From assembly GCA_964255285.1 (NCBI GenBank), contig CAXUUL010000041.1, positions 1-48,230 of the forward strand: a DNA stretch of 48,230 bases, given 5' to 3'. Positions 22,065 to 34,114 of this stretch are shown piece by piece; the first letter of the stretch is position 1, and every line of letters begins with the position of its first letter. The stretch is from Ionaspis alba. Taxonomy: Eukaryota. The position numbers and the translations under genes are program-made. The notes under the pieces are model-generated. The model was given only the letters and a program-made list of their open reading frames with translations, had not been told where the DNA came from and did not search any database.

Positions 22065-25000
22065 TCACCAAGCTGCGACATCATGATCAAACCTGGTCAA
22101 CTCTTTCCCCGCATCCTCAACATCCTTCTTCGCCTTCATGCGCATATAGAAAATTGGACAGTCCTTACTCGAGCAAATAACCTCACAATGCATGCTCCCT
22201 TGACAGCGCTGACATTGTGTCCACAGCCTCCCAAACCTGACCTCCAAATCCGAGACTTTGTGCAGCGACTTCTGATACAGCTCTCCCATCCGAGGTCGAC
22301 AATTCTCGCACACTGCGCCTGCAGACTCTTCCTTACCAACTAGTGGCTTTTTGCACCCCAAGCAGGTCTGCGTCTTCTTCGTGAACTTCATCAAACCACC
22401 CAGCGTTGGGGCGGCAATGCTGACCGAGCGGGTGTGCTCACCTGTCAACAACTGGCCCGACTTCTTGACTCCCAAGATGGGATCGAAGATTCTGCCCAGC
22501 GGCTTAGCAAGCTGATTTTCGAGGTAGTACTTTGTGTCAATAGGGATGTTGTTCTCGAGGACGAAGATGGGATCTTCCGAGCGCTCGTAATTTTTGGCAC
22601 CGCCGGCTCCTTTGACAATGACATAGGCTACTCGATCACCAAGAGTTGGGGCGGAACCTGCATCGCGCTTTTTCATGCGCTCGGCGAGCTCGACGTGCGC
22701 TTGTTTAGCGGTGTAGTCGGACTTGGAGAGGGCTTTTGTGATGACGAGTTTGGACATGTCGATTTTGTTCTGCAGGAGGTCGGAGATGGTGTCTTTAACA
22801 TAGCTGGTCCTTTGGGTTAGCTTGGTACATTGTAGTCGTCCTGGAGAGGGAACTCAATGACTTACTCTTGTGCTGCTTCGAGATCCTGGTCGATCAGGAT
22901 CTTACGCAGAACGGTCTCGATGACTGTTTGCACCATACGACAATTGTCTCTCCGCACAGTTTCAATGCCTTTGGTGTCCATCTTGTCGTACTTATCCGGA
23001 TTTGTCCAGTAGAGACCTGCATATCGCTTCTTGTTGATCAGCAAGTATGGAAAGTAAACCTTCTCGAACTCCAGCTTAATTGGTTTGATGAACTTGGAAG
23101 AGACATAATTTGCTGCTCCTTCCCCTAACTTCATAGCTTCAGCCAGATCTTTGGTTCCGAACTTGACCATGACAGAATCGGTGTCTCCGTAAATAACTTC
23201 CGCATCGTGACTGTACCCATTGGCTATTGTGTACTTTGCTTCCACTTCAGCTTTAGTCTTCTCTATCATTTGTCGCCCGTAGGACGTTGTACTACTTGCA
23301 ATAGCCAGGCAAGGCAGTTTCCCAACGGTGGCACCAGTGATACCGTACACACTATTGGCACTGATCTTTAGGGCCAATTGCCGTCCGTTCAGAACTGCCT
23401 TTCTGAAAGGATCGGTCTCAACTGCCAGCTCCTTCTTAGCCCGTTTTCGGGCTCCAAGAAGCTCTTCCAAAATCTTAGACAACAGACCCTTCCGTATCTT
23501 AGCAGTGCAGAACATGTCCCCGTTAGGAGTGACAAGGTAGTCCTCATCCTTGACCAGCCCAAGTTTCTCGACGCTGGTTTTATTGAGCAAAGTAGTATAG
23601 CAGAGATTGTGGGCTTGTATAATACTCGGGTACAGAGATGCAAAATCGAGAGTAGCTACCGGCTCTTCGTAAAAGCCCCTATTGGGCTCAATGACTGTAG
23701 CGCCTTCATACTGTTCATCGGGTCCGTCATTGTGGAGATTGGGAATCACAAGTGATTCTGAGAGTGCTTTGCGAAACAGCTGACTAATGAACTTGACCTG
23801 TTGGCCCCTGGCGAGCAGGTAATTGAAAGGCACTCCCGTAACTCTTGCCATTTCCGTATAGTTGACTAGACACATCAACTTGTCCATCAATCGTTGTGGC
23901 AAGTAAGCATCTTTGAGACAATATACAGCTAGTCGGCGCCTAGATTCTGGGGTGCCGTTGAATAGCTCTGTGATCATCGTATGATGTACATCTTCTTTCT
24001 GCTCTCCTAAGAAGTGTGCACAAACAGAATTGAGGGTATAGCTTCGAAGCTGATGATCTCTTTGTACAAGCTGTAGCAGATCCAACTGCAATCGTCCATT
24101 TGTATTGGTAGCTTTGGTATCCCGGTTACCCATTTGCTTGCTAGAGAAGTTGGTGTCCTTCGCATGTGACTGAATGCTCTTCAATCTCGTCCAATAAGGG
24201 AATTTTGTGCACTTCAAGTGTCTTGCACGGTCGAGCAGGTACGGAAAATCGAAATTGCAAATGTTGTACCCAATTATGACATCAGGATCAACCTTGTCTA
24301 GGAAGTCTCTCCATGCCATTAGCATTTTCTCTTCTGCATCGAACTCAAGGATCTGGGTATTGACGATCAGACTGCAGGTATCGAGGCAGAACACATTCCG
24401 GATGAAAGGTTTTGTGTCTCCATATCGTGTGACGACGTTAGCAATCTGAATGACAGGATCTTGGTTGGCTTCGGGAAAGACTCCTTTACGTCCTGCACAT
24501 TCGATATCGAACGAGAGGATCCTCAATGGCGCCATTTTTGCCCACTCTCCATCGTTAGGGTGCGCTATCAAGTCTTTGTAGTGCACGTGTGCCTCTATTT
24601 GACAGTTGGAGTGCCGATCCCGATATGGTATGACATGGTACTTCATAGGAGGCACCTCAACCCACGACATCCCAGAAATCTTGAGTTCTTAGCATATGCC
24701 AGACCATCTTTCGACAGCGTACTTACCCCTGTGTCTATCATAAACCGTAGCACATACTGAATACTGTCAAAGGTCAGAATACCACCCTCGACTCCCTTCC
24801 AAAGCCCCTTCCAGTTCGCATTGCCAGACTCTACCGTGGTCCGAAGCTTGTTGATGTGCTTGGGATCAGAGACTGTGATCTTCAGGTAAGGATTCTTTTG
24901 ATTGCCCTGAAATCCGAACAGATTCTCTCGCATGACCATTTGTACTGAATGAATAGTCTGCTGGAATTGGTTCGATCCACCTAGGTTGGTCTCAAGGTAT

Positions 25001-25558
25001 GTCCTGAATGCATCACAGTCCTTTTGTGCAAAACCTATTGGCGCCGCAACGTAGAGGTAGTGCATAAAGCCAGTGACATGTAGAAGTACCGAATGGCCGG
25101 TCTGATGACGAATAGCAATTAGAAGAGGATTCCATGACTCAAGAGGATCGTGTGCCTACTTCAGTGACACCAAACAGTTTGACTGTAGTCTTGCCTCCAT
25201 GTAGAGTCCCATCCTCCGCCTCGATCTGCTGGAAGCACAAGCTATCTCTTTTCTCGTCGAATTCGTCTAGAGATGGCCGTTCCCATTGCTGGTCTTTCTC
25301 CGAATTCTTCTGCTTCAGGCCATGGATATCTTGAGTCAACTTCTCTAGCACTTCCTCTTCAAATTGACTCTTGGGCTGACTCGAACCAAGCTTTCCCTTG
25401 GTACCATTTTGCTTGTGAAAGCCTGCAGCAGGAGATGATCCAAGGTCAAGCTTGCGCCGTTTGGAAGCGCTTGGTGAGGGAAGAAGGTTGGAATTTCGAT
25501 GCATCTTTGTAGCATCTCCAAGAACCCGCTTCTGGGGTTGGAGGACTGCGGCGGACAT
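22065..25558 (-). CDS. POL3: DNA polymerase delta catalytic subunit, ~1108 aa, 4 exons
   Basis: Exons 25558-25160, 25101-24727, 24679-22866, 22803-22065. Exonuclease SFDIEC; polymerase motifs [24 protein letters not shown]-terminal CysA/CysB (CLGC...CENC, CQRC...C...C). Confidence 0.98.
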
Positions 25559-25612
25559 CGTGATGGGAGGACAGAGTTGCGCAACTACCTGGTCATGGTA
25601 AAGTCTTGTTTA

Positions 25613-25680
25613 ACCGCGTCTTAGAATGAATTTGGCGGGGAGGATATTATTTAGTGACGCGAGCGTGATGAAGCGCGATG
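25613..25680. promoter_or_regulatory. Cluster of CGCG-core (MCB-like) elements upstream of POL3
   Basis: ACCGCGTC, GACGCGAG and AGCGCGAT within about 120 bp of the ATG; none is a perfect ACGCGT; consistent with G1/S regulation of replication genes. Confidence 0.4.
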
Positions 25681-26189
25681 CGGTAAGTTCCGTCATGTCC
25701 GTCCTGCTCTATCTCCGAGCTGTCTCGACACTAACCCTAGCCTTATGAAAAGACACAAAACATCTACCGAAACCCTTCGACTCCGATACACTTCTAGAAC
25801 ATCTGAGCCAAGGCTATGATTAGGCCTCTTCGACGCAATGCCTCCAATTTAGCAGCACTTCAGACAAACTAGATTGCCGATTTCCAGCGCTGAGCATGAC
25901 CTACAATGGTCCAAGCCTTCAGGTGGCTTTGCCTATAGTTAGGGCAGCATGCAATTGAGCACTAGAGGCAGAGATACAACCTAAGAGTGGTTCTCTAGGT
26001 GACCGATGTTCTATATACAGACATCATGTACTACGATTTTCCAATAACCAAGATTTCTCCAAACTTTTGGTCCTCCTTATTATACATCAGCAATTCCCGT
26101 TCCTGTTTTGCCAAGTTCCAATCTCAATCCAGAGTCTCTCGGTCTCGAACCACCATGGCTCTATCTAGCAAGTATATGCATCAATCGGA

Positions 26190-27227
26190 TCACTCAGGCT
26201 TGCTTCTGCTCTTAGGTCTCGCAGCCCCACTCTTGACTCTCCTTGCCTCAGGGCGGTTGATGTGGTGCGCAGGAATCCAGCTCTCATCGTACGCCTTTGC
26301 TCCACTGGTGACAGCTGGACCATCAGCGCCAACGACAGAAGCTTGGTCGGCAGGGTCGACTTTCTTGGATCCGCCCGAAGATCGCTTGGCTCGTTCACCA
26401 CCTTTGCCTCCCCGGGCTTTTTGTGGAAAGAGAGTGACGATCCAGGTCAAGTAAGAGAAGTAGCAGATTCCGAGGAAGAGGGCTAGAAGGAAGAGGTAGA
26501 GGAATATGCTAGATTTTGTTAGCTATACCAATTCCTCCTGAATCGCAACTTGCAGAGACTCAGTGGGGGAAGCTCAAGCCGGGAATACTCGTTCGATCGA
26601 AAATCTACCTCTAAAAACAAGGCTGCTAGGCAGGGGGTGGGAAGAAATAAAACTCACAGCTGAATATCAAACAAACTCGCATCCGGCTCCACAATGCTGA
26701 CAGTCTCATTAAAAGCCTGGACAGTGTAAAGAGCACCTTTCTCGGCCGTCAACACCGCAATCAAATTGAGCCTCAGATCCTGCGGGTGTAGCTCAGTCGT
26801 GAAGCTGTAACTGACACTCTCTTTCTGGCCGGCCGGAATCTGCACATTGTATCTAGTGCTCGTCATGTTACGCACGATTATGTCTGTAGCGCCTTTCGTC
26901 TTAGGATCGGGACCCCATAGGGAACCACCAATGAAAGCGACGGTGACAGGTGCGGGCTCGTCATTGGTAATTGAGAGAAGAGCTTGGGTGGGATGGCCAT
27001 TGACGAGCTTGACGCCGAAGACTTCGGCTTGCGGGAACGAGGTGGAGACCTTGACGGCGAGGTTGGGGGAAGTCTTCGTGTCGACTTCTGGGGCTGCTAC
27101 AGGAGACTGTACTCTTTAGCAGGGATTGGAGGGGGTTTCAGGGATGTGATCTTCGTACCTCTGCTGCGATAGCGGAGAGAGCTCGCAAGGATAGCAAGGC
27201 TAGGGTTGAGAAACGTAGGACTGCCAT
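26190..27227 (-). CDS. IRC22: Irc22/translocon-associated protein alpha-like ER membrane protein, ~278 aa, 3 exons
   Basis: Exons 27227-27159 (signal peptide MAVLRFSTLALLSLRALSAIAAE), 27106-26658 (FPQAEVFGVKLVNG...AFNETVSIVEP), 26508-26190 (TM segment IFLYLFLLALFLGICYFSY, then YDESWIPAHH). Confidence 0.85.
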
Positions 27228-28111
27228 GATGAGTGATGCCCGAAAGATTTAGGAGTTGTGTGAGCTCAATGAAACAGGCCAGCCTTAAGTGCGCGAGATA
27301 TGAATTGTGGTTTACACTGGCGCATGCATAATCATTTATGCAAACTGTCAAGTTCTACGCCTGGCTTCTACCCAGATTCTGGTCCTGGAGATTTTGAGCA
27401 GTATACAATCAAAATACATCGAATATATTGGGGTGCCCTAATTCAAGATCATCGAGTTATACCAAGCTCGAGGGCTTTGAGCTAGGCACAGTAGCCCTAG
27501 GCGATAGGATGAGCTCTCCAGCTTCGAACATTGCTATCGGCTTGTCCCACATCCAGATTCTGGAATTGCGGAATAGAATACTGCGATGGCTTCAGAAGGA
27601 ACCACAATCCGAGCATTCCGTCGGGTCGTAACTTTAGATAGCGTTACCGGTTGAGTAAAGCTCTCATACATGATCATTCGGGCTTGATCGGCTCCTTGCA
27701 GTTGGTCGGCGACGTTGCTCTCATTGTGTAATCAGTACCACTTCTCTACTATTCGCTCAAACCCTATAGTGCCATACGCAGAAAGAGACCTTTAACTCCA
27801 GACTCAAAGTTTTCTCATCCAATCCGTTCGTAGCAGATCTCCGGGGGCCTCGTCCCCGAGTTTTGCACATCGTTGAGTTGTTTTTGCGTGAAGTGCAACG
27901 TAATTCCCATATCTCACTGCAGTGGGTCGATCGAGTCAAGAAGTGCCGTCAGCTCCGAATATGATAATCCCTGCAGCATGCTCCCCTATATGAAGGTAAT
28001 TGACCTCTTCTCTCCAAGCTACCACGCAGCTGTCAACACCACAACCTCTTCACCATTTCTTTCGCACAACCTTTAACCTATATCAAGTGATCGACTTCTC
28101 GCCTTCACAAC

Positions 28112-29009
28112 ATGTCTCACTCAGAAGAGTCTTCGAAGCCAAACCAGGTATGCTGAGGTTCTCGAGCATCGCTTATGTCGTACTGATAGAACCCAGGAGT
28201 TCCAGCCGCTCCATAACATCTGCGAATTCCTTACTGCCATCCATATCTACGCAGATGAGGCTCGTCAAGGGAAGACACGATGGGTTCCTGCCAATCATTA
28301 TTGCTCTCATGTTCGAGAGGGTGGGTATATTCCAGAACAATCATACTTATTGGTCTGCCTTTGCTGACTCCAAGTCATGTAGACTTACGTCAATGCTTGA
28401 TCTATGATTCGAGCAAGAAAGACGCTCGTCTGATCGGCATCGAGTATATGATACCAAAGGCGAAGTACTTGACTTTGCCGGCTGACGAACAGAAGCTCTG
28501 GTAAGCCAGCTTGGATGGAACAATATGGCGCTGGTGTATGTTGTAAACTCATGCTCTCTAGGCACTCTCATGAGTTCGAAGTCAAGTCTGGCATGTTGAT
28601 CTTGCCAAAGCCAGTAGGAAAAGAACATGATGAATGGGAGAAGGTGGAACTCGAAGCAATGCAAGGAATTATGAACCTGTATGGAAAAACCTGGCACACC
28701 TGGCAAGTTGATCGTGATGATGAGCTGCCACTTGGTAGGTCGAAGTCATGCTGCGCATGAACATGGAGGACGACTAAAGCACGATAGGTCGTCCTGTCCT
28801 GATGGGATCGGCAACGCATGCTGGCCAAGTCGATCTAGATGGCGCAATGAAGGAAAGGAACAGAGAGCATGGGGTACATCACGGTGAGAAAGCAAAAGCT
28901 CGTGCGGGATTGACGCATCCTGGGATACCCGAAAGTATGATATCAAGCGCAGTGAAGCATTCAGAAACTGACAGCGACGTTAGATGCAGACTCCTGGTGG
29001 AAGTCGTAG
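28112..29009 (+). CDS. DUF1264 / oil-body-associated-protein-like, ~207 aa, 6 exons
   Basis: Exons 28112-28147, 28197-28320, 28383-28500, 28562-28734, 28788-28934, 28984-29009 join in frame; motifs [48 protein letters not shown]. Confidence 0.85.
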
Positions 29010-29558
29010 ATCCGGCATACCATCTTCGGAGGTGTCATAGCACATCTGGTTCATGCGCACGTCGCTTTTATATCCGACGCGACCAGAACATCAATCCGAC
29101 TGGACGTAATGTGCGGAGAACGGCATAAACACGTTCATGTACCCCAGATTCGGCAGTAGCATAGCCTCAACACCACTCATCTTGAAAATTTCGTCTCATC
29201 TGATAGTCCCTTGCAGCACAGTATTGCGTGATTGTCCATGCTTGGCGGATAAAAGGAACGCAACTAGATGCGCATAGAAGAAGCATCATAAGCGCTCTTA
29301 AGATAAACATATCTCTGCAGTTTTAATGTGGACCCTCGTATGATATCACAGATTTTCCAGCAATGGGTCCAGCAGGTCATTCCCTGAGTATAGAAGATCA
29401 GATCTTTGCGAATACCACAACGATGCATATTGTCAACAGAGATGATGCACTTCGAGATCCCACCTCGGAGCCGTCCCTGTAGCTCTGGGTTCCAGTTCAG
29501 TCCTAAGTTCGGAGAAGGTATAGAGCTATTGATCGTTCATCCAGCCATAACATGGCGA

Positions 29559-30204
29559 ATGGAACATAAAGATGACGCCTCAGCATCAACATGGAGCGAC
29601 ACAGCGAGCCACCGATCCAAAACCAAAACGCCAAGGTATAATCGACGAGAGAGATTCGAACGCTGGTGGGGATCCCGGGTTTCGATCATCTTGCCACAAA
29701 GCGCTGATATCCGTGATCACTATGGTCGGTGTTTTCCTTGGCCAGCATGCTTCGTATTGCTGTCGGATATGGGATGAACGGAAGCTTATACTCTATAGCT
29801 CTCGAGCGCACCTTCCTGGGCCATCTTCGAACGTCGGTAGCCCTCGCGACACTGTCAATTCTCATCTCGCAGCTTTATACCTTATCACTTGGAGCAGAAG
29901 ACCGAAATGCGCCAGACCAAGTTGCACTGAGAAAGATCGGCAAACCACTCAGCTGCCTCATTATGGTCTGGGCCATTATTACAACGATAGCAGGCGCATA
30001 CAGATTCATGAGGATGCAAGACGCATTGGTGAAAGAAGTGGCAGTAATTGAAGGGGGATGGGAGCTGCATGTTGAGGGGGTAGGGGTCTCAGTGGTGAGT
30101 TATCATATTCAAGAATTTGAGTGACAGAAACAATTTCCTCGCTAATATTGCATGCTGAATAGATTGTGTGCGCACTTTTCATCGCAACCGTGATAGCAGC
30201 TTGA
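29559..30204 (+). CDS. DUF202 (YidH-like) small membrane protein, ~167 aa, 3 exons
   Basis: Exons 29559-29724, 29799-30094, 30163-30204; signature RDHYALERTFLGHLRTS followed by three hydrophobic helices. Confidence 0.8.
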
Positions 30205-30876
30205 GAGCATCTAATAAGATGACAGAATTTGGATTGAAACACTGTCCAGATCACGTGCTATGATGTGAGAGGCCCTAGTCTGTATTTGGCCATCAATGAA
30301 AGCATGACTGGGAAACCCTAGAACGTCAATAAACTCGAGCTGCATTTGAGAACCGAGAGGCATATAATCAGCTTGCTCAAACAAGCTGCTTCTTTTGTTG
30401 AATGTTGGTGGATGATGTGATGGTTGTCGCTGCTCATGTATCCTGTCATGCTCACTCATGCCGTGTTCAAATCTCACTGTACATCCCCGAAATCAAATGA
30501 TATGCTAGCTTCGAGACTGCTCTAGAGCCTTTCCGCTGCTTATAGCTACTACTGTTCGCCGATATAGTTCTGCAAGTGTCATGTTCCTTCCCGATAGACG
30601 GCGATGACGATGACTCGTAGTGGACGCCGTTCGGGAAGGACCCGAGTGCAGTTCGGCGACCTCAATCCTGACCTCCGGCGAATAACCTGCTGCAATCAAA
30701 ACACCCCCTTTCCCTGCACTCTCTTCGTCCGCACTCGCGACCTTTGACTCTTCGTACTGCATCTAAGTCGTCCTAACAGGCTTCCTTGAGTTTTGAATTT
30801 GCAAGATTCTCACCACATTTTACTACTGATTGTAGACGATAATCCACGCCTACGCATACTCCAACAAAGCTTCATC

Positions 30877-31537
30877 ATGTGCAAAAAGGGAACGTGTGCA
30901 AGTTGCAGTAAGTCCCCTTCCTATCCTCGCTTCCTCGTCCTTCTGCCTGTTGCCGTTATATTGTATCTAGCACATCGACCTGTTGCTGCTCGCGTTTGCG
31001 CTCGGTCTTGGTTCCGGTTGCAAAAGAATGAATGGACGTGCAATTAAGCCCTTCCCCATCACGCTCATAAATGATAAAGTTGAAGCGCGTGGCCGCTCAG
31101 CGCTATCTTGTCACGTTTCGTCGTGGCAGTCCCTATCTTGTCCCTATCTTGCACGGAAAGCACGAGATTGATGCACCTCAGACAACTTCACTCTCTGCTT
31201 CCTGGCCTTCCGTCTCGCCTTGCTGGCAAATTAGGCTCTCTGCTCCTTTCATCTCGTTCTTGCTCTGTTCTTCTCCAAAGCTCAGCTATCCATCACAAAT
31301 ATTTGTCATCGCTGTTGATCCATGTCGAGTTTCCTCAGCCATGTTCAACTCGACTTCTTTCACCGGTCACGCACTAGATACTAATTCCATCGTTCAGAAA
31401 AGTCCTCTTGGTGGGGCTGCGGCAACCATGTTCCAACTGTCATGTCATCCATCCCAAAAGACGAATGGTGTACCTGCAAGCCAACTGTCGAAAAGGAGGG
31501 AAAGGAGTATCCACCCATGGCCGCCAAGGCTGATTGA
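30877..31537 (+). CDS. Small Cys/His-rich protein, 56 aa, 2 exons with a 490-nt intron
   Basis: Exon 30877-30907 (MCKKGTCASC, GTAAGT donor) plus 31398-31537 (CTAAT...CAG acceptor): KKSSWWGCGNHVPTVMSSIPKDEWCTCKPTVEKEGKEYPPMAAKAD*. The C-x4-CxxC-x4-WxGCGxH...CxC pattern resembles a conserved uncharacterised small-protein family. Confidence 0.8.
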
Positions 31538-32006
31538 CTCCCTGGCTGGTTTTGTCGTCTAGTCGTCAAGCCAATATGAGAATCGATACAGCATTGCGAT
31601 GCGATACAAAAGGAACGTATTTCCGAGAGGAGAGGGAGGATGTCCATGGACGGTTATTGCTCAGGGTCCCGCAAAGTGTTGCTCCCTGCTTAACAATGGT
31701 GATCTGCTATAGGACGAGTAGTTAATGATTCTGGACCGGGTAGAGTGTGTAACGAGTACACGATCCTGCATCGGTAGCACCCTCATATTGAGAGGCGAAT
31801 AGACGTAACGCATAGTAGATAGTAGCTAGATCAACATAAACCAATAACGACGATGCAACACATAAGACCCTGGATCCTCCAGACCCACCACAGAACACCT
31901 CGTCACTTTTTCCCATATCCGTGTCCACGGGTTCCGTCCGGCGTTCCCTGACCCCATAACCCCGGGCCCAAAGGCTCTACGAGGTTATCCAAACACATCA
32001 ATAGCA

Positions 32007-34114
32007 TCACCCACTGAACAATGGCGCCGCCATCGCCTGCCTAGCCGCCATTTCAGTCATCTCAGCAAAAAGTGGGTCCTGCAACCCCTCCAACCACAGA
32101 TCACAACCGATAATATTATACGCATCAGGAATTACATTAGCCTCCAATGCCAGCTGCTGGGGCGGTTGTCTCGCGCTCATAATCTCCCTTGCGGCGCCTT
32201 TGATCCGCATCATTACCGAGTCGGCGACTGCCCAGACTTCCCTTACGGCCTTGAGCGCGCCCACGCCCAAGGCTAGCCGGTCCTTGAAGATGGATTTCTG
32301 TGCTGGTGATTTTGTGATTACATGTGCTGAAAGGTGAACAACTGCCCCGAGTGTGATCATGCAGGTGAAGAACGGCGTGTGCTTGATCATGGGGCATGGC
32401 AGCGTGACGAGCGCAGCGATCTTGTCGGCCGCTGCAATGGCTTTTGCGGTGTGGACTGCGTAGCGACCGGCCGGTACAGCGATTCTTCGTGGTGGGGTGC
32501 AGGACGTTGTGTCCTGGACTTGGGTGAAAATTAGATCAGAACGAGGACGATGGAGGAAGATCGTCGCACTAGTAGTGGAAGTCTATGATTAGCTAGTGTT
32601 TCTGTGAATGAAGACGGAGGACATACGCGCTGATAATCATATGCGCTTGAAACATCATCTCATCTATTCGGCCATCTGCGTCTATGGGATCCTTTTTGCT
32701 TTCTGGAAGATGCAACACCCAGTTGTTGAGAGCTGTGTCGAGGTTGACAACAATCTCTGAGCTGTCTGGGCAGAACGATTCGTTCAGGGCCAGGAGTTTG
32801 CCCAGTTCCCGGATGGCCATGATTCGATAAGTGTAGGAGGAGAACTGGACCTCGTTCTCCGAGAATTCGCCAACTTCTATCTCATCCAATGTTTGTGGCT
32901 CACCCCGCTGCATCGTGATGGTCAGCTAGCTGAGGCGCACATCAGAGAAGTCTATCACTCACAGGAACATTACCAGCACGGTACACTCCTTCCTCGCAGG
33001 GAAGGCCCACATCTGTAGGCACCGAGTGCAATCGAAAAGAAGTTTTCATATGCACGGCAGCAAACATGCCATCCATGACATAAAGTTCCCACCAGGTACG
33101 TCGCCAGCTCTCTGCAAGCACGGGAACCCCAAAGCTCCTCTCCGCAGCAAAGGACCGTCTGTTCATGCCGAGATCCAGCGCTAGGTCGATGGCTCGATCG
33201 AGAGTGTGGGTTGCCTGCTCAGCCATATCCATAGAATGTTGCGCAATGGCGAGGAGGAGCAATGCTTGTACTGTGTGGCCATCTCTCTGCGCTCGGTCGG
33301 AAAAGAGCGATGCGGCGACAGCGGGCCACTGCATATCTTTGCTCTCCAGGCTCGAGTAACAGGCTCCGATATAGTCCATGACAGCAGCGACGGAGTCAGG
33401 CACTCGGGTGGCTAGCTTCCAATGGTTTTGGGGCACGAGTATAGGGTGTCCATCGTGGAAATTTTGGTAATAGAGCTCGCGAACCTTGGAGACAGCATGG
33501 CTCGGTTCGATGTAAGGCGCACTGGGTGTGTATTCACCACCATTGATGGACTCAATTGGAGAATCACCATTAAGAGTCGTCTGGTTCGAAAGCGATATAT
33601 AGTGGTTAGGATTATTGACTATGACTGTTCCTTGATTGTTGTTGTTGAGCCCCGTCGCCATGCCATCGTACTGTTGTGGCTGGCCCGTGAGGTCCTGACC
33701 AAAGTTGTCGTTGGTCAAGAATGCCAACTCATCGTTGACCAGTCCGCCGCCATCACCGATATTGTGAATGGGGACTGTCGAGTTTTGAGCAAAGGATTTG
33801 TCATTTTCCACCGAGTTCTCTTTCTTCTTCGACGGTCGATATCCTCGGCGCGAACGGATGTACTGGCAATCCTGCCGGGCGGTGCGACACCTCCCACAGG
33901 TCGGTTGCACTCCGTCACATTTGACGTGCCTTTCACGACAAGCTAGGCAAGCCAACTGGACAGCAGGTCTTTCTGCTCCGTCATCCTCGAAATCCCTTTT
34001 GTTGCTAGAGGTGGTGCTTGGGTTCGACATTGTGGTGCTGGCCGGAGAAGGTTTGGAGGAGGGAGGAGTTGGCGACATGGCTGGCGGTTTTGGAGAACCT
34101 GCATGAAGCAACAT
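32007..34114 (-). CDS. Zn(II)2Cys6 fungal transcription factor with fungal-specific TF domain, ~664 aa, 3 exons
   Basis: CLACRERHVKCDGVQPTCGRCRTARQDC; ESWRRTWWELY; exons 34114-32963, 32907-32627, 32568-32007. The start may instead be the ATG at 34078. Confidence 0.92.

Noticed and set aside
25730..25945. Telomere-like CTAACCCTAG / GTTAGGG motifs
   Set aside because: Single isolated copies, not an array; no evidence of an interstitial telomere.
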